From: Camelus ferus
Lineage: Eukaryota
Assembly: GCF_009834535.1 (NCBI RefSeq)
Contig: NC_045696.1
Span: 49,354,001 to 49,418,000 of the forward strand
DNA length: 64,000 nt
Direction: 5' to 3'
Part shown: one piece after another, positions 11,401-21,819 of the stretch
Layout of the letters: every line of letters starts with the position of its first letter
How positions within the stretch are numbered: the stretch's first letter is position 1
The notes under the pieces: generated by a model
The model's input: the letters and a program-made list of their open reading frames with translations, nothing else
Database searches by the model: none
Told to the model about the DNA's origin: nothing
Program-made: the position numbers and the translations under genes

Positions 11401-12221
11401 TTGACTCCAAATCCAACAATTTATTTCTCTTTCTGATTCCTAATTAGTCTCCTGCTGAGATCAATAGTGGCATTCCCACTTTATCCCAAGCTTCTGAGAG
11501 AAACAGGGGACCTCAGCTTCAGGGCCTTCATTGCAGCACTGGGCCCGAACCCCTGTATAATACTGCTTCCTTCTCTCTGCTTATTCCAATTTTAATTCAG
11601 GTTTAATCTGTCTTTTGTTTTAGAATACCTTATAAATAGCTGTTTTGTCAGAAAAGCTGTGACAAGTATAGTAAATGAAATTTAATTTAGTTTGACTAAC
11701 GTTTGTCCCACGCTGAGTCAGGTGTGATCTGGGAGGATAGGGGCCAGTGAAGTGATCTGTCCGGAATGTCCTGCTTATTCCGCTCCTGATGGACTATGGA
11801 ACTGCGTTCAGTATAAAAAAAGAATAGATCAATGTGGCCTAGAATTCAGCACAGTGAAACAGATACTCAGTGCTCACCATGTACCGTCTACGGGGTTGGA
11901 TGCTGAAGATGTAGAAATTCCCCACAGTGCTGACTCTTTTGTAGGAGATACATGATGGGGGGAAATGAGCTTTATTTGGTAGCATCAAGGAAGGCTTCAC
12001 CTAAGAGGTGGCAGAAACAGCGAGTCTCCCTCTTAGGGAAAGTATGTCAAGGACCAGGGATCTGGGGAAGTAAAGGAGGTAGCCTATTATAATGGGATTT
12101 CCTAGCCTTTCTAGTCATCCTCTGTGCACTTGTAGAATTATTTGCTTCATTCTTTAGGAAACACTGTTGTTATTTTCTGCATGTTAATAGCATTTATTGG
12201 TAAATTTGAGAAAGTTAACAT

Positions 12222-12315
12222 AGTGCTGTTACTATGGAGCAAGGAACCCATACATGCTTTTTCAGAGCTTTATGAACCTCTGAAATTATATATATATATA
12301 CACACACACACACAT

Positions 12316-12353
<38 letters not shown>

Positions 12354-12472
12354 TTATATATATATATATATAGTATGTACAGATAATGTGAATTTTTCTA
12401 GGGAAGAGGGGTTTATCATTTTTTTTTAATTCTTGAAGTATTCTGTGATCTCCTAAAAGTTAAAAACATCTG
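12222..12472. mobile_element. hAT-Charlie element (MER103-like) containing a (TA)n/(CA)n compound microsatellite
   Basis: TATGAACCTCTGAAATT...GAATTTTTCTAGGGAAGAGGG...CTCCTAAAAGTTAAAAACATCTG; microsatellite at 12288-12372. Confidence 0.5.
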
Positions 12473-12954
12473 TCACAGAGAAATCAGAATGTTCATCCAA
12501 AATAACATAGCTCATAAGCAATAACTATATGTTGAGAGTCAACTTCCTATAGAGCTATTATTATAAGCTTTGGAGAGCAAAATAAGAGGAACTATGCTTG
12601 TGCAAAAACAATCTCAGGCTTTGGAGGGAAAACATAAGAACGTGTGATAGAAGTAGTGTATCTTATTATGGAATCATACTACAGAAGGGGCCCTTGAGAG
12701 AGTGTCTGTTCTGTTAGGGCTGATCTCCCACTCACCAAGGGATCTTCCAGGTGGATTTCACAGCTGTCGCAACACTTCCTGCATTTAGTATATTCATACT
12801 TATAAACATTGACTCCTGAAACCAAGGCTTAATAAAATTCAGAGTAAGCCCCCTAAATATACTCAAATCCTCACTTTCTCCTACTTTTTATTCTCTTAAA
12901 TTTTCTTCATAATCTGTTTCTAAGAGGAAAATGTCTATTGAGTGACTGTTTTGT

Positions 12955-13050
12955 CCCTACCACAACCCTATGAGGCATATTTTTTAATTCCCATTTTACA
13001 CATGAAGATACTGAGACTCAACAAAGTTAAGTTACACTTACCTGTGGCAG
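12955..13050 (-). mobile_element. MIR SINE
   Basis: CACAACCCTATGAGG...CCCATTTTACACATGAAGATACTGAGACTC. Confidence 0.75.
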
Positions 13051-13097
13051 GAAAGCTAAAAAGAATGACTGAGGTATTATTGTCAAAAGAGGACGGA

Positions 13098-13301
13098 CAG
13101 ACACTACTATATATGAAACAGATAAACAGCAAGTTCATACTGTACAGCACAGGGAACTATAGTAACTTATGGTGAAGAAGAATATGAAAACGAATGTATG
13201 TATATATATGTATGACTGAAGCATTATGCTGTACACCAGAAATTGACACAACATTATAAACTGACTATACTTCAATAAAAAAAAGGAAAAGAAAAAAAAA
13301 A
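13098..13301 (+). mobile_element. Young 5'-truncated artiodactyl-type LINE-1 3' end with poly(A) and target-site duplication
   Basis: TACTGTACAGCACAGGGAACTAT...GCTGTACACCAGAAATTGACACAACATTATAAACTGACTATACTTCAATAAA plus A-tail; flanked by AAAAGAGGACGGA and AAAAAAGGATGGA. Confidence 0.88.
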
Positions 13302-13769
13302 GGATGGAAGCAGGCGAGTGCACAGTGAGGGAGGGATCCAGGCTGGACAGAGAGGTTGAGGAGAATTGTGTTGTATCTGATGATGCCATTTACCTGCTCC
13401 CTGGATTCGCAGGTCTCCTAACAAGCCCACCATTACCCAATGATACACTTACTGGAAATTTGCTGGTTTCAGTACTTTTTATTTTATAAAAAAAAAATAA
13501 GATACGTTACTGAAGACAAATGTTACAATTAAACACAATATAAGTTTATGTATGATGCAGTAACAGAACATATTACCGTGGCATTTCCTGGGCTTCAGAT
13601 ATCTGACAAGGTAATTGCTCTGTGGATCAAAGTGAACCAAAGAGGTAGTGATATGGTTGAGTAACATAGTTAAGATTAAATCAAAACTAACAAAAAAAAA
13701 AGTTGAAACCAAGCTTTTATCCAGTAGATATTGAAATTTGTTAGTTGATTCAGGCCTAACATTGGACTC

Positions 13770-14082
13770 TTGTGCAGAGGCCACTGTTGCTCGCTGATTT
13801 CCAGGTACCGCTCTACATTTCATAGCCTCCCTTGCAGCTAAATCGGGGCCACGTGCCAGGCATACGTCATGTGTTGCTTCCAGATGGAAGCATTTAAAAG
13901 CCATGCTGCCACCTCCATCCCTTTCATCTCCTACTCTCGTAAGTCTGGAGGCCAAAAGTTCCAAAAGGAACAGCTATGAGATGGAGGAGGACCATCCAGT
14001 CCACACTGGACTTTCCACGGGTGAGCAGTAAACATTCAGGGCTGTCCGGCCACTGGGATTTGAGGGCTTGGTCTATCACAGT
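13770..14082 (+). mobile_element. MaLR LTR (MLT1J-like)
   Basis: CATTTCATAGCCTCCCTTGCAGCTA...GCTTCCAGATGGAAGCATTTAA...GCCACTGGGATTTGAGGG. Confidence 0.7.
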
Positions 14083-14084
14083 TG

Positions 14085-14445
14085 CCCTCACCGTGTGGTT
14101 ACAGGCCAGCAGTATCAGCCTCCTCTGGAAGCTTGTTAGAAATGCAGCCTCTTTCCCAGTGATACTTACCAGAACCTACATTTTAACAAGGCCCCTGGAT
14201 GATAAATAGACTTATTAATCTGAGAAGTTCTGTTATGAGCTACACTTGGAATGCTGGTCCTTTGGACTACTAGTAGTGATACTCAGGTCTGAGAATCCCA
14301 AACCTGGTTTAACACCAAAGTCAATAGCATAGAATTTTAAAAACATAAATGTGAGACCGACTGGATAAGAATCTCTAGAGGGAAGCCAGGAATCTCTGTT
14401 AAAACTTCCTGGTGATTCTGATGATCAGCTAGGTTTAGAATTTTG
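14085..14445. mobile_element. Two adjacent MER5-type elements (MER5A1-like ~14085-14232, MER5B-like ~14275-14445)
   Basis: CCAGCAGTATCAGC...GCTTGTTAGAAATGCAG...ATTTTAACAAG, then AGAATCTCTAGAG...CCAGGAATCT...CTGGTGATTCTGATG. Confidence 0.7.
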
Positions 14446-16135
14446 TCAGCCCTAATTGGTAATACAGATAAATACACCCCATCAGCTTAAATTTTGCTAT
14501 TTCATAATGTTTGTGAGTCATACAAATCTTCAAACTTTAGAAAAGGCCCTGGTATGTATGTGTAGAGTTAATCGTCTTTGTCACTTGTTGTCTGATCTTG
14601 GGAAGCAGAGTGACTCTCCCCCTCTCCTCCTTTCTAGCCGCAGCTGAGCAGGAGAGGGTGCAGAGTGCGCGGCCTCCAAAGGCCACTGCTGCCCCAGGGA
14701 ATGGGCTTGCTTCAGCCCTTTCTGGGCACACACACCTCTGAGTTTCAAAAGACCCTGAAGCTGTCTTCATTTAGCAGCTTCCTTATCAGGATGAGGCAGC
14801 TTCATTTCCCTTTGTGTGCAGACACCACAGTACTGGCTCTTCCCTTCTTTATTTCTGCCTTTCTTTCTCACAAGGTCAAAACTGCTCTAAAAACAATTGT
14901 ATTGTAATTTAGCAAGCTCATACCAAAGACCAGGAAGGAGCGAGCCTGGCTGCTTCATGAAACAGCCAGTTAAGAGTCCCTGATTTTAAGTTTCTCTTTG
15001 GAATGGTTGTTATTTTGCATATCGTTTCTAAAAACTCCCTGTCCCCTTGAACTAGATCGGCAGCCTTCAGCTGCCTCCACTACGCTCTGGGCCCCAGGCC
15101 TTCTGTCTGAATGCTCTTCACGGCATGTGACACAACAGGAAGGTCTTCCAATGTGGTTTCTCATAGTCATTTTCTCATGACAACACCAATGGTAAATTTA
15201 AAAGAAAAAAAAATCCTCTCTTAATAACATGGTTCATCAAAGATGATCATCCAAGATGATCATCTAACTGAGCATTTGTCTGATTGCACGGAGGCTTCTA
15301 CCAGGTTTGGGACAATAGTTCCAACAAGAGCATAAGCTACAGAAGCTAATGAAGATAGGACATTTTTTTCAAGGACACAGGGACATAGAACGTGGCTGGA
15401 GAGGAGGACGAAGCTGAAGTCACCAGGCTCCTTAGGAGCTTTGGACTCAAGGGGAGGGGAAGGAGGAATAAAGGAGCAGGTATGAGAGGCAGCAAGGAAC
15501 GGATCCTCAGGAGGGAAAGAGAATGAGGGAGCGGTGTTGAGAGGGAGGATGTTGTTTTGCGTGGACTAAGGAGCAAATCCTTCTCAGGAAGCAAAACAAA
15601 ACAAAACCCTGCAGTTTGTTTTTTGTACCCATAGAGTAGATACATGCAAAGCAAATTGTGCTGAAGATAATTAAAAATGTATTTCAATTCAGAAAACTGG
15701 CCGCTAATTGGTTAGTACCTGTGTGGGGTGTTGTTTTTGTTAACAAGTTTATATTTATTCCTCTTACACAGAATAATGATCATTTATTCCTCCTACACAG
15801 AATAATCATACTGGTCGAACATGTGAAATAGTTAATGAAGGCAAAGTTGTGAGGTAATGTTGGATTTTTTAAAACGCCTCCAGAAAGTGTAGTTCTCAAC
15901 AACTACAGAAATTCTCTCTTTTGTGACTTTTGGATTTATCAGCTCAGAATCTTCTCTGACCTGGTGTCACCCTAAACGGAGGCTGCCTTTGGCTTTCTTT
16001 TCTTCTCTTTCTTTAAACTGCTTTCTCTCATTCTTCTTTGACCTCCAGTCTGTACTTCCCCTTCTTATCATCTGCTCCTCCCAGGAGGCAACATTTCTTG
16101 CCTTCTTTGAACGTGTTTTAAACGGCTAATTCAGA

Positions 16136-16150
16136 GCCGCCACCTAGTGC
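16136..16150 (-). promoter_or_regulatory. Candidate CTCF site
   Basis: Minus strand GCACTAGGTGGCGGC, close to the CCACYAGRKGGCR core, CpG retained, non-repeat context. Motif only. Confidence 0.4.
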
Positions 16151-16626
16151 TTCTCAGTGAGGCCTTAGAAGGACATCGTAGTTTTACAAGAGAAAATGGG
16201 CGTCTGGACTCCCTCCAGGAGCAGCATTGAATTCCACGGGGCTCATTGTGGAGTAGACGGTGAGTCCTGTGAGCGTCAAAGGCAGATACAGAACAGTTCC
16301 TCTTCCCACAGAGAGAGGAACCTGGGTGAGAAGCGCCAAAATAGGATTCCTCAGAGCCTGGAAGCTACCCTTATGAAAGACACAGTGATTGAGACCCCAG
16401 AGAGCTTGCTTCTCAGAATGAAGGCCAGGCAGACCTTTGTAAGAAAGGCAGCGAGTTAACCAGGTGATAGATGCGAGACGAAAATGCATCTCTGACCACC
16501 CGTGTGGCATTAGCTAAAATGGGTCACAGGAGTCTTGATTTCCAGTTCTGGGAAAAGAAAGAGGAAAGGAACGAAGAAGGGTGGAGAGGGACATAAATAA
16601 AATGAAAAGATATGACAAACCTAATC

Positions 16627-17176
16627 TGTGCAGAAAAGAGTTACTAGTGTTAGCAGTCCTGAGATTGCTGTCCCAGGAAAGGCCTGCTTACAAGATTGCT
16701 CCTGGGCTGAGTCTAGGAATTTAGATTTTGGAAGATTCCCATAATTTCCTGAAAAGAAAGCCACACTGTGCCTAACCTGTTTGTGAAAGTGGTGTGGCTT
16801 GTGTTGAATGCCTGTGTGCCTTCTGGGAGTCTGGAATCTTGACATGCTCAGTAGAGAGCGCCCATGTGACCAGCCCCCGGTAAGAATCTTGGGCAGAGTC
16901 TCTAATGAGTTTCCCTGACAGACAGCGTTTCGCATGTGTTGCCACAGCTTGTTGCTAAAGGGGTTGTCAACACTCCACTGGGAGGGGATCTTAGAAGCTT
17001 GTGCCTGGTTTTCTCCGCACCTCCTGTCCCCCTGCCCCATACCTTCCCTCTTTTCTAATCTGGTTTTCTGTGCTTTTGCTGTAAGAAATCCCAGCAGCAA
17101 GCACAGCGGTGTGCCGAGTCCGCTGAGTCCTAGCGACTCACTGAACCTGGCAGTGGTCGCGGGGGCCCATGACATG
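16627..17176 (+). mobile_element. Solo ERVL LTR (MER68-like)
   Basis: Starts TGTGCAGAAAAGAGTTA; contains CCTTCTGGGAGTCTGGAAT, GTGACCAGCCCCC, GAGTCTCTAATGAG; ends CTGAACCTGGCAGTGGTC...GACA. Confidence 0.85.
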
Positions 17177-17419
17177 TCTTTCTGCCATCATTTAATACCT
17201 TCTGTTTTTAAACCTGTGTGCTGACTTTATAACTACCCAAGAGAAATTTTGATTTGTCTCTTCTGTACCCACTAATTTTGAGTTTGTTTGAAAAATGAGA
17301 TCAAAATGAATAGCCTTTTGAAATGTTTGGAAGGTGAGACCAGTGGGGAATGTTAATGTTCCTTAGATTGTGCACAACACATTAAACAACTCACAACCGA
17401 AATGTTGGCCTGAGTGGTG

Positions 17420-17630
17420 CTGGGTGAGAAGCGGGTCAGAGCAGAGCCAGAGATTTGAGTCTGAGGCTTGGCTCCACCACTTAGTTGCTCTGTGGCTTTG
17501 TACACGTTAATTTATCTGATCTCTAGTTTTTAAAAGGGAAAAGGGGATGGTAGTACTCATTTTGGGAATTAACTTGAGGTAATTTACGTAATACACCTGG
17601 CATAGTACCGGGCACATTCTAAGTGCTGGA
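17420..17630 (+). mobile_element. MIR SINE
   Basis: GGCTCCACCACTTAGTTGCTCTGTG...CCTGGCATAGTACCGGGCACATTCTAAGTGCT. Confidence 0.65.
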
Positions 17631-18389
17631 ACAGTGGTATCCACTGTTGATATTGCTAATGAACAGTACGACAGAAACGACTCAGAGATGGCTGTCAAGA
17701 GCATTTCTGGGGCAATCTGAGAAGCAGAAGCAACTGAACCTTGGAGGCGCCAGTTACATCTAGAGCAGCCCCAAGAGGTCTCATTTCAAGACCACTGTAG
17801 CCTGCCCAGGGGTGAACCTACACCTCACAGACCTGCCCTGGACCAACGGCCAGTCTCCCCTAGGACCTCAGTCTCTTTGCAGCTACCTGCCGAGGAAAGC
17901 AGACTTTAGCAGTGACTTAAATCCTTCTGAACTTCAGCAACACAGTCTCCCAGGCAGTGTAGTTACTGACATAGGCCACATCTCTGTTTCACCTCAAATG
18001 ACCTTAGGAAAGTCACTTCTCTGAATCTTAATATGCCTTACAGTAAAATAGATTTATTAAAAATATCTGTTGCGCCTTGCTCAACACTTGTGGAGAAAGG
18101 AAACTTCAGATAATGCTGGCAGAGTGCTCTGGAAATGGTAAAATACTATAAAGAGACCCGCTCAGGGACTGCTCTAGGCTTTTTCTGGGGCGGCTTTTCA
18201 TTGTGCGTGGTGGTTTGGGTATTTGGCAGGGGCAAGTGACAGGAGCCTGCAGCGTATTGACAAAAGAGACGTCCTGCCATGACGTGACTCTTAAAAATAT
18301 GATTTGAATCCTGGGTGCTTATTAGATGCCACAAAACCTGACAAAAATCAGATCTCTCTCCACCTTGAACTGGAGTAACAGCCAATGAA

Positions 18390-18750
18390 ACCTCTGCTTT
18401 TGTATTTAATTGCAATAACGGGTATCATCTCATTTTTTTTGTACAATGATGCAGCCCAGTTACTTGGGATTGATCTATTGCTTTGTTGTAAAAACTTGTT
18501 TTTCATTGATCTTTTTTCCCCCTCAGTGCTCTTCTTCACTAATTGATTGATTTGATTGTTAGAGCTTTGACTCCATCTCTGAAGATGGATTGGAATAATT
18601 ATTGCAGCCTGCTGTTTAATCATCCTGTCACACAATTACTACTGCTATTGTGCTCTGCACCAGCACTTTATTAGCTGTAGTAATTGTAGTCAGGTTGAAT
18701 AATTGAATAACACGCTTGGAGGTGATAACTCGGTTGTTACCCAGGGGCAC
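18390..18750. promoter_or_regulatory. Candidate conserved non-coding element / enhancer
   Basis: Repeat-free block rich in TAAT/ATTA, with TGATTGAT (18544-18551) and an RFX-like GTTACCCAGGGGCAC (18736-18750). Conservation untested. Confidence 0.4.
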
Positions 18751-19684
18751 TTCTGTGGAACCTGCAGGCTCCTGGGCAAGTGAGAGTATCGGTACCCATT
18801 TCTCCTGTTTGGTGACCTTCTAAGAATTCCTTGAAGATTCTACCTTGCAGGCAACTACGTCCATGAATGCCCAACGTGGAGGGCTGGAGTGGGGAATTGC
18901 ATAGCTCGGGGTGCGCCAGCTGGTTAGGGGCCTGAGCCTTATGTTCCCTGAGTGCCACCAACCCAGAGCCTTGGGGTGTTATGTGAATGTGCACACAGGA
19001 AGAATACACTGTTCTCTGTTAACTGTGTCCCATGACACTTTGTGATGAACTTGTGAAGCTCCTTCCCCAAGATTCTTTCTCCTCTGAATTCAGAGTGAGC
19101 AAAGCAGGGTAATGTTCAAAAGTAAAATGCAGTGGTTTAACAGTATGAGGTGAAGCATCCTGTTTTTTCTACCCTCACCTTGTTACTTTGAATTAGGTGA
19201 ATTCTTCCTATGCCCCTGTGACCTTGCATTGAACTTGCCCTGTCCGCAGGAAAAGAGACCAGGACAAAATCCAGATGCTGCTCTGGTGGATCTAACTTTA
19301 TTTCAAAACTCAGAAGACAGTGGCCCAGTCCTAATTCAACTGCACATGATCCACATACTAAATTGTTCATTCAGTGTTTTGCTTCCCACAAAATGAAGAC
19401 AGCTTACCTTGTTTGTAAAGACATTTGAGATTCTCATAAAAGAGCACCGTGTGGTGTTAAGTTGTATTTATAGTCTGCTGTATCAGTGTTGCCTCAATCG
19501 GAAGAAGAACACTTTGGAGGCTAATTTTGATTTCTTCCTTTGTTTTCTGCTTTAATCGCACGGATAGAATTCACTAAATCATTTGAGGAGAAAACAGTTT
19601 TTAAAAAACATTTGCTATTTAATAACCTGGAGTTCTTTTCCCTCCATCTCCCTTTCCCCATCTCTCTGTCTCTTTCTCTCTTAA

Positions 19685-19686
<2 letters not shown>

Positions 19687-19733
<47 letters not shown>
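19687..19733. repeat. (AC)n microsatellite
   Basis: About 23 AC units seen directly. Confidence 0.97.
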
Positions 19734-19735
<2 letters not shown>

Positions 19736-20679
19736 TGACTTCATTACTTATTCCTATTATTTCTCATATCAATATCTCTGATTTTGGAGCCTATAACTTG
19801 GATAAATGATAATCTACACACCACGAGGAAGTAATCTGTTCAGACTTGCTTTGACATTCTGAACTATACAGTTTCCCTCTTTGTTTTTGTTTATTTGATT
19901 TTTTTGACATTGAGTTATAAGAAAAAATTAGAATATAAGAATCTTGTAAAATCCTCTAATGGCTTATGCCGAAGAGAAATTTACTTTGCAGATTTTTTTG
20001 GAATTAAAATTTCTTTTAGTGATTTTTGTTAAGCTTTAGAATATTTTCCCAATCCAACTGCACCTCTGTCAAGGAAGGCGTATTGGCTGGAGAACAAATC
20101 ACTAAATTTGCAACAAATGCCACACACAGAGACCTGGCAACAATCCCTAATATGACAGCAAGTGTTTCCTGTTTCTTTCAATAGAGCACATTGGCAAGTT
20201 AAGGAGAGACATCTACATCTGAAAGAAACCTAGTTTCCCAGTTTCTCCCGAGGCAACGTCAGGCACAGATAGATCTTGCTGCGACTTTGCAAGGTGGAAG
20301 AGAGAGGATGCAACCCTGTCCTGACCGTGTCAGATACAGAATCAGCAATAACAGCGAGCTTCTGTAAGGTGAGCTACCATCTCCTGACCTTCCTGAGCAC
20401 TTCCACTGATCCTCAGAAAATACATCTGACTCAACTTGTTTCTAGGAAAGCATAGTGGATTCTTATGAGTTAAGTGGAAGGAAGCTAGGATCCTGTAGGG
20501 TTTTTTTCATCAGGTGTATAACTTTAGTAGAAGCTTAAGATCTAAGAATTCCTTGATCTGCTACAATATATTGTAAGTACTATGCATTTTGCCGACATAC
20601 CTATACTTTGACTGGCTATTTAGTTTATATAGAATTTCCATTTGTATCACTCCATCAAGTCTGATAATAATAATAATAA

Positions 20680-21201
20680 TGTAGGGTGAATAATGGCTCC
20701 CCTCATTATCCAGGTCCTAATCCCTGGAACTGTGAATGCTACTCTATATGGCAGAAGAGACTCTGCAATCTCTTTGTGATTAAGTTAAGGATCTTGAGAA
20801 GAGAAGATTATCTTGGATTATCCAGGTGGACCCTAGATGTAATCACAAGTGACCTTATAAGAAGCAGACAAAAGGAGATTTGTCAGAAGAGGTCATGTGA
20901 AGGAAGCAGAGAGAAGCAGAGTCAGAAAGGGGTGCTACCCCTCTGGCTTTGAAGATGGAGGATGTAGGTACAAACCTAGAAACACAGCCAGTCACTAGAA
21001 GCTGTAGAAGTTACTGAGATAGATTCTCCTCTAGAGTGAAACAGATTCACACTCCAGAGGGTGTGTAGCCTTATCAACACCTTGACTTCAGTCCATTGAG
21101 ACCCATTTTTGACCCCTGGCCTCCAAAACACATAACTCTGTGTTGTTCTTGGCCACGAACTTTATAGTAATTTGTTATGGTGGCCATAGGAAACCAGTGC
21201 A
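20680..21201 (+). mobile_element. MaLR solo LTR (MLT1D-like)
   Basis: TGTAGGGTGAATAATGGCTCCCC...GTGATTAAGTTAAGGATCTTGAGA...GTAATTTGTTATGGTGGCCATAGGAAACCAGTGCA. Confidence 0.88.
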
Positions 21202-21214
21202 GGTGACATCAGTG

Positions 21215-21430
21215 ATAACTAGTAACTAACATGTATTGACCATCGGCTCTTTTACTTACTCGTTAAGAATATGCTAAATATTCCACATGGATTTTTATAG
21301 TTTTGAACTCACAAAACAATGTGAAGTGTTAAAATTACTCCTGTGTTACAGTTGAGGAAACAGAGGCTCAGAAAAGAACTGTGATTAAACCCATATCTGT
21401 CTGACCCCAAAGCCTCTTCTCTGAACCTGT
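21215..21430 (-). mobile_element. MIR SINE
   Basis: TTACAGTTGAGGAAACAGAGGCTCAGA...TCTGTCTGACCCCAAAGCC. Confidence 0.7.
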
Positions 21431-21499
21431 ACAGGGAAGGTGTGTCCCCAAGATGTCAGTACTCCAGTGAGGAGTACTGCTGCTGCTCCCAGGAGAAAG

Positions 21500-21790
21500 G
21501 AAACATATTTGAGAACTGTTTATGAGGTAGCATTCATAGAATTTGGTGATCACCTGAATGTGAGGATCAAGGAAGAGAGAAGACAAGAATTGCACCTAGA
21601 CTGATGGCTTAGTGACTGGTTATGTGACTGTGCAATGCAGTTACATAGACACTATATGAGGAAAGGAGCTGTTTGTAGATTAAATATAATAAATTTAAAT
21701 TTAGGCATATTAAATTTAAAATCCCTATAGTGGACATATCCCCAGGTCTTTGGATGTGGATCTGGCACCCAGAAGACGAGACTGTGAGTA
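21500..21790 (-). mobile_element. LINE-2 fragment
   Basis: GAATTTGGTGATCACCTGAATGTGAGG...TTTAGGCATATTAAATTTAAAATCCCTATAG, decayed L2 antisense text. Confidence 0.45.
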
Positions 21791-21819
21791 TAAATTAAAA
21801 AGAAATGAGGAGTTGTATG

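Noticed and set aside
16621..17175. 184-aa minus-strand ORF
   Set aside because: Coincides with the MER68-like LTR; chance antisense ORF.
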